From Octopus vulgaris (lineage: Eukaryota), in contig OX597817.1 in the NCBI GenBank assembly GCA_951406725.2, positions 15,252,001-15,316,000 on the forward strand: DNA of 64,000 nucleotides, read 5' to 3'. Both the position numbers and the translations under genes were made by a program. Positions 56,930 to 64,000 of the stretch are shown here, piece by piece; the first letter of the stretch is position 1, and every line of letters starts with the position of its first letter. The notes under the pieces are model-generated. The model searched no databases and was not told where the DNA came from. It saw only the letters and a list, made by a program, of their open reading frames with translations.

Positions 56930-57025
56930 CATATTACTCTACCACTGGTATTTGAGTACTCTTCTTTCCACCTTGTTTCACATTTATGTGTTTACTCCGG
57001 TATATATATATATATATATATATAT

Positions 57026-57353
57026 CTGAGACCCCCTTCGGTCATGAATGACCATGGGATTGCACCTAGAAAGTTAACCTCTGAGGCACAAGTCCGGGCA
57101 AGGTTGTTTATGGAAGGCCAACAGTCACCCATGCATACCAACCTCCCTTCTCCACACCAAGGGAAAGGCAAAGGGGCCGATACAGCTTGGCACCAATGAT
57201 GTCGCAACTCATTTCTACAGCTGAGTGAACTGGAGCCAGCGTGAAATAAAGCGTCTTGCTCAAGAACACAACATGCAGCCTGGTCAAGGATTCGAACTCA
57301 CAATCTCACGATCATAAACTTGACACTCCAACCACTGAGCCATGCGCCTTCAC
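57026..57353 (-). mobile_element. tRNA-derived SINE, family E (head also at 36092-36197 on the minus strand)
   Basis: Reverse reads gtgaaggcgcatggctcagtggttggagtg...gagttcgaatcc (A and B boxes). Confidence 0.75.
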
Positions 57354-57505
57354 ATGCTTCTGTAATGATAATAATTTTTTGATGCATTCTTTTTTCTGCA
57401 CTGAGGAGAACAGTAATATGTAATTAATTTAATTTAATTTAATTAATTTCTAATTATTTTACCATGTTATTTACATGTTAATATTGCTATTTGAAACGAT
57501 TGTAT

Positions 57506-57912
57506 ACTCTCTCTTTTACTCTTTTACTTGTTTCAGTCATTTGACTGCGGCCATGCTGGAGCACCGCCTTTAATCGAGCAACTCGACCCCGGGACTTATT
57601 CTTTGTAAGCCCAGTACTTATTCTATCGGTCTCTTTTTGCCGAACTGCTAAGTGACGGGGACGTAAACACACCAGCATCGGTTGTCAAGCAATGCTAGGG
57701 GGACAAACACAAACACACACACACACATATATATATATATACACATATACGACAGGCTTCTTTCAGTTTCCGTCTACCAAATCCCCTCACAAGGCATTGG
57801 TCAGCCCGGGGCTATAGCAGAAGACACTTGCCCAAGATGCCACGCAGTGGGACTGAACCCGGAACCATGTGGTTGGTTAGCAAGCTACTTACCACACAAC
57901 CACTCCTGCACC
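57506..57912 (-). mobile_element. SINE family A
   Basis: Full-length reverse copy. Confidence 0.9.
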
Positions 57913-58029
57913 TGTATGCATGTATTAAAATTCTTTTTTTTAAAATTTTAACATCTTCTCTTCACCATCTTCAACTGTTGAGTTTCTATGGGATACTTTT
58001 CCATAAATTCTTATCTCATACCTTATATA

Positions 58030-58258
58030 TATATGTATATATTTATGTCTGTGTCTTTGTTTGCCTCCTACCCATCACTTGACAACCAATGTTGGTGTGT
58101 TTACGTCCCTGTAACTTAGTGTTTCGGCAAAAGAGACTGATAGAATAAGTACTAGGCTTACAAAGAATAAGTCCTGGGTCCGATTTGTTTGACTAAAAAA
58201 CCCTTTAAGGTGGTGCTCCAGCATGGCTGCAGTCAAATGACTGAAATCAGTAAAAGAA
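58030..58258 (+). mobile_element. SINE family A, 3' half
   Basis: Matches the 3' half of the family sequence. Confidence 0.8.
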
Positions 58259-58808
58259 CATATATATGTTTGTATGTATAATTATACATATGTATGTACA
58301 TAAATATATATATCTCATTATTATCAACATTTAACGTCCGTGTTCCATGCTAGCATGGACATGTAGAATGATATACAGGGTGTGAGTCTAAAATGATAGC
58401 ATATTGTGTATAAAACACTTTGCAAGATAAAGACCAATCTTATGGAGTGGGGAAGAGTACAGTTAATTAAATTGACCTTTCTTTATCACATCAAAGAGAG
58501 AGCCACCTTGCACCTGCTTGGCTTACTAGCATTAGCAGCCAAATCATCCACAAATCACATGCTATCATTTTAAAAAAATGAAACAAAAAAAAGAACACAT
58601 TAGCCATTGGTCATACCAGAATGCCTTTGACAATTGATTTGCTCAATAATGACTGACTCAAGGTAAGACAATAACAGCAACCTGAGTTTAAATTATTGTC
58701 TCCGTGGGGAGACTCAAAGCAAAATTGACTTCACTAGGAACTGAACCCAAATATAGAAGGAAAATCCACACTCCAATGAAAGTTCAAACTGAAACTATAA
58801 TTCTAGAA

Positions 58809-59036
58809 GTATAAGGCGGCGAGCTGGCAGAATCGTTAGCACGCCAGGTAGCCATATTTCGTCCGCCGCTGCGTTCTGAGTTCAAGTTCCATCGAGGTCG
58901 ACTTTGCCTTTCATCCTTTCGGGGTCGATAAATCAAGTACCAGTTACGCACTGGGGTCGGTGTAATCGACTTAATCCGTTTGTTTGCCCTTGTTTGTCCC
59001 CTCTATGTTTAGCCCCTTGTGGGTTGTAAAGAAATA
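58809..59036 (+). mobile_element. Family C SINE with a 13-bp TSD
   Basis: tataattctagaa at 58796-58808 and 59037-59049. Confidence 0.9.
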
Positions 59037-59669
59037 TATAATTCTAGAATGTGTTGAAGAAGAAAGTAAATAAGCAATTAAAGTTTTTCAGAACCAAATG
59101 AAATATTAGCAATTGTAAGACAACACACAGACATCATCATCATTATCCTTTCACATCTGTTTTCCATGCCGGCATGGGTGGGATGATTTGACTAGAGCTG
59201 GCAAGCATGGGAGCTGCACCAGGTTCCAATCTGATCTTGCTTGGTTTCCAAAGCTGGATGCCCTTCTTAATGTCAACCACTTTACAGCGTGCGTGGGGTG
59301 CTTTTAATGTGCCATGAGCACAGGTGCTTTTATGCAGGGACTGGCACAAGAGCCCTATATGTGGGTCTGGCACGAGTGCTTTTTTATGTGGCACCATCAA
59401 AAGATTATTTGTGAATACCAAAATCTACAAATTTTCCAACAACTACAAAAAGAAAATCAATTAATATTTTTAATTATAATATCACTAATTACTGTGATCT
59501 AAAAGCATTACAGAAGATTTTTCAATATTTGGTTGTATCCTCTTGGATCATTCAAAAGTATTCTGTAAATCAAATATTAGCCCTTTTGATAACAACCTAC
59601 CTGAGACCACTCTGGTTCTATGATACAGACTCCAAGGTTTAAACCTTCCATCAAAATTTCATGCTGGTT

Positions 59670-59882
59670 TCAAATTTTGGCACAAGGCCAGCAGTTACAT
59701 GGGAGGAGGTAAGTTAATTACATAGACCTCAGTACTCAGCTGGTACTTATTTTTATCAAACCCAAAAAGGATGAAAAGCATGGTCATCCTTAGTAGCATT
59801 TGAACTCAGAATGTAAAGATGGTTGAAATGCTGCAAAGCATTTTGCCTAGCAAGATAACAGTTCTGCCAACTTGCTGCCTTA
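59670..59882 (-). mobile_element. Family C SINE (diverged), nested in a piggyBac-like MITE
   Basis: aaaggatgaaaagc...tttgaactcagaatgtaaag motif. Confidence 0.7.
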
Positions 59883-60216
59883 GCAAAATTTCATATCAAT
59901 TTTTTCCCAAATACCAGCTGAATAATGGCAAGATGATTTTACCAAATTCTTTATTTTCACAATTTATTGAAACAAAGGCTGTGTATTTCAAATGGAAATA
60001 TGGTAACTAAAAAGGGTTAAAGTTTCAACATAACTTGAAACTGAGTAAACAGGTTAACATCATCAGCATATGTTATTTTTGAATGTGGAAAACAATTTTG
60101 TAGGTCATCTATAAAGATATAAAAAATATTAAAGGACTTAGCTAACTGTTGCTGTAATCTATAAGTAATTCACCCTTTTGTTACCACATTTATATTGAAA
60201 TATACCACCTGCCTTT

Positions 60217-60700
60217 CATCATTATCATCATCAGCATCGTTTAACGTCCGCTTTCCATGCTAGCATGGGTCGAACGGTTCAACTGGGGTCTGGGAAGCCA
60301 GAAGGCTGCACCAGGCCAGTCAGATCTGGCAGTGTTTCTACAGCTGGATGCCCTTCCTAACGCCAACCACTCCGTGAGTGTAGTGGGTGCTTTTTACGTT
60401 CCACCGGCACAAGTGCCAGACGAGGCTGGCGAACGGCCACGCTCGGATGGTGCTTTTTATGTGCCACCGACACAGGTGCCAGACGAGGCTGGCGAATGGC
60501 CACGCTCAGATGGTGTTTTTTACATGCCACCGGCACGGAGGCCAGGCAAAGCTGGCACGGCCACGATCGGATGGTGCTTGTTACGTGCCACCAGCACGGA
60601 GGCCAGTCGATGCGGTACTGGCTACGGCCACGTTCGGATGGTTTTCTTATGTGCCACCAGCACTGGTACCACAAAGATACAAATTCCATTGATGTTCATC
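60217..60700 (-). repeat. Family B RTE-tail repeat (about 5 units)
   Basis: Reverse copy. Confidence 0.85.
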
Positions 60701-61289
60701 GATTTTGATTTGATTCTTTGATTTTTGATTTTGATTTGATTTGTTTAAATTAATTTTGAAAATAATAATTTAGTAAAATAACTTCATTATTAAACAGCTG
60801 TTAGGAACATAAATTAGCATGAAAATTCGATGGGTGGTTTTAATTTAGATTACTTCAAAACAGGAAGCTTGTATTAGAAAACCAGGAACAGTGTCAGGTA
60901 GACTGGTATCAAAAGGGGTTATCAAGTATCTAAAGAAACAAGGTTTAGAGAAATTGACATCTATTACCCAAATAACACTGTAACTAGTTCAATAATTTGT
61001 CAAACATATATAGGAAGTTTCATTTAAGACATATATTTGGACATGTTTCAGAATGTTCAAATATATAATAGCCAATGTTTGTTACTGTCCATTCATTTAA
61101 AAACATTAAAAGTTGATTAGCTGTCAATGGATGTACTGTTGTTTTTAAAAATAAAAAAAATATGAAGTTGTCTTTATTTATTGATTCCATAACTATGCTA
61201 GTGTTACACATTCAGCTTAAGAGGTTATAGCTTTTGATTTCTGATAGGAATGCTATTTTGTGATTTCAGAAAAACAGAGGGATACCATC

Positions 61290-61561
61290 TCATCATCATC
61301 ATCATCGTTTAATGTCCGTTTTCCGCGCTAGCACGGGTTGGACGGTTCGACTGGGGTCTGGGAAGCCAGGGGCTGCACCAGGCTCCAGTCTGATCTGGCA
61401 GTGTTTCTACAGCTGGATGCCCTTCCTAACACCAACCACTCCACGAGTGTAGTGAGTGCTTTTTACGTGCCACCGGCACAGGTGCCAGGGGAGTCTGGCA
61501 TTGGCCACGATCGGTTGGTGCTTTTAACGTGCCACCGGCATGGAAGCCAGTCAAGGCAGCC
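61290..61561 (-). repeat. Family B RTE-tail repeat
   Basis: Reverse copy. Confidence 0.85.
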
Positions 61562-62370
61562 CTGAAAAAAGTTAGAGATTGGTGATATGACTCTTAATAA
61601 ATAAAGTTAGTATTAATGTCTTTTTCATTGTTTAAAATAAAAAAAAACTTTTATAAGAATAGTAGTAGTAGTAATAATGTAAATGAAAAGTTGTGTGCCA
61701 GAAGTTAATTGGTATTTGTAATACAAATGTCGGATGTCTATCTGGGATGTGGTGGAACCAAGATTCTACAAAATATTTCTTGTTCTTAGTGGGTGTAAGT
61801 TACAAGAAAGAAATTATAGTTAAGTTTTGGGAAGTTGCACTCCATTTATCATTATATGGTTTCCAGCTTAGGTTTAAGAAGGAATAAAGTTCAGGCCTCA
61901 ATAAACATTCTGAGAATAAATATTCTGATGTCTGGGACATCATTTTAACGTTCACTTTTCCATGCTCGAAAGGGTCAGACAGAACGTTTTTTTTTTAGGT
62001 ACATTCTCTACAGCCAGATGTCCTTTCTATCACCAACACTCACCTGTTTTCAACTTAGGTAATATTTCTCCATAACTAGATGTTTCCATGGGAATTTGAA
62101 AATGAAGGACATCACTTGCATGAAGGTGACACATGGATTTAGTCAGCCAGGAGCACTTTGAGCAAGTAGAAGAAAGACTCTTGCTCAAAGTGCAATGCAG
62201 TGGAACTGAACCCGAAACCATGTGGTTGGAAGCAAATTTCTTATTACACTACATCACTAACTGAGTAGACTGAGTGAAATGTTATGCCTTTTGTTTATCT
62301 TTAAACTTTTTTAGTGTTAGACACTTCATTTTACAAATTCACATCAGTTATTAATTATGAAAGTGATCTT

Positions 62371-62772
62371 ATGCACAGGAGTGGTTGTGTGGTAAAAAGC
62401 TTGTTTACCAACCACATGGTTCCGGGTTCAGTCCCACTGCGTGGCACCTTGGGCAAGTGTCTTCTACTATAGCCTCGGGCCGACCTTGTGAGTGGATTTG
62501 GTAGAAAGAAACTGAAAGAAGCCCGTCGTATATATGTATATATATATATATGCGTGTGTGTATTTGTGTATCTGTGTTTGTCCCCCTAGCATTGCTTGAC
62601 AACCGATGCTGGTGTGTTTATGTCCCCATAACTTAGCGGTTCGGCAAAAGACACCCATTGAATAAGTACTGGGCTTACAAAAGAATAAGTCCCGGGGTCG
62701 AGTTGCTCGATTAAAGGCGGTACTCCAGCATGGCCGCAGTCAAATGACTGAAACAAGTAAAAGAGTAAAGAG
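62371..62772 (+). mobile_element. SINE family A
   Basis: Full-length copy. Confidence 0.88.
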
Positions 62773-63609
62773 TTATGCAACTAATAAATTACAATTACAT
62801 TCTATATATATATAAAAAAAAAACTTTACAAATTTGAGTGTTCAACTGGTTTACAATTTTGTTGATCAATAAAATGGCACATTTTTGGGGTTTCTCCAAA
62901 GTTTGGCTTGGGCTACTGAATATAGGCATAGATGAACCAACAGGAGTGAGGTGACAATGGTATATTTCACCATTTTCTTAAATCACAGATGACCTATTTA
63001 CTGCTTATATTCTAAATGGCATAGTTTGATATTCAACATGGCTGCAAGGACCTAGATGTCCTGTAGAAAATGTGCCCTTTTCTGCCATTAATGAACCTTA
63101 CAGAAGCATAATTTCGATTAACCTCTGAAGGTTCTAAGGGTTCTACTAGTGATCTGAATTTTGAATAAGGTACAACTGGGCCCCCTCATCCAATTCCTTC
63201 CTCAAGCCATCCCTGACACTCATCAACTCTCAATCACTGACCCCTAATTGCAGTATTCTGGTGTTGTGATTAAATCTTTCTCACAACTCAGGACTATTTC
63301 ACTTGATATCCTTCCTTCGTTCTTAATACTGTTCTTCCTCACCCACATTTCACACTGGTCATCCTTCTGTGCCACCCAGTTATTTCTACTTCCACTCTAT
63401 ACATCTCTCTCTCTCTCCGTTCACACTCTTGAAACCCACCCAACCACATGCCCTTTCTTTTCCCTTCCTCTCATTCTCACCTTGTTTACTGTACCATTAT
63501 TACTATTCTGCTGCTCTTCATTCCAGTCTATACTGTCAATCATCACCTAATCTACCTCTTCAACTCATATATATATATATATATATATATCATCATCATC
63601 ATCATCGAC

Positions 63610-63938
63610 TGTGGTCAGGCTGGAGCACCGCCTTTAGTTGAGCAAATCGACCCCAGGACTTATTCTTTGTAAGCCTAGTACTTATTCTATCAGTCTCTCT
63701 TGCTGAACTGCTAAGCTACAGGGATGTAAACACACCAGCATCAGTTGTCAAGAGATGTTGGGGGGCCCAAACATACACACACAAACATATATATATATAT
63801 ATATACATATATATGACGGGCTACTTTCAGTTTCCGTCTACCAAATCCACTCACAAGGCTATAGTAGAAGACACTTGCCTAAGGTGCCACACAGTGGAAC
63901 TGAACCCAGAACCATGTGGCTTGTAAGCAAGCTACTTA
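63610..63938 (-). mobile_element. SINE family A, truncated
   Basis: Reverse copy lacking both ends. Confidence 0.85.
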
Positions 63939-64000
63939 TATACATATATATATATATATATATTGATGATCATTCTCCCCCACTTGCCCTCGACTCCCGA

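Overview
AT-rich, repeat-dense eukaryotic DNA, most likely an octopus/coleoid cephalopod genome (inferred from the SINE and LINE repertoire, not provable here). The only clear host gene is on the minus strand: an R3H+SUZ RNA-binding protein of the ARPP21/R3HDM1/R3HDM2 (Drosophila encore) family. I could trace eight coding exons with canonical GT-AG junctions and consistent phases, from the ATG at 45472 down to about 2601 (about 326 aa); no stop codon is reached, so the gene probably continues past the left edge. Nearly all ORFs in the supplied track are repeat artefacts. The introns hold about 19 copies of one tRNA-derived SINE, other SINE families, decayed RTE and CR1 LINEs, a mariner relic, piggyBac-, Tigger- and Crypton-like MITEs and a non-autonomous Helitron. 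The most striking unexplained structure is a set of small elements embedded in (TA)n microsatellites. They form long near-perfect hairpins and carry minimal type I hammerhead-ribozyme folds with non-canonical cores (U3-A8 covariation, U4C, an extra A after A9), the architecture expected of Penelope-like/retrozyme-like RNAs. Also notable: nested inverted repeats around the R3H exons, a twin-priming-like inverted RTE, and locally templated insertions.
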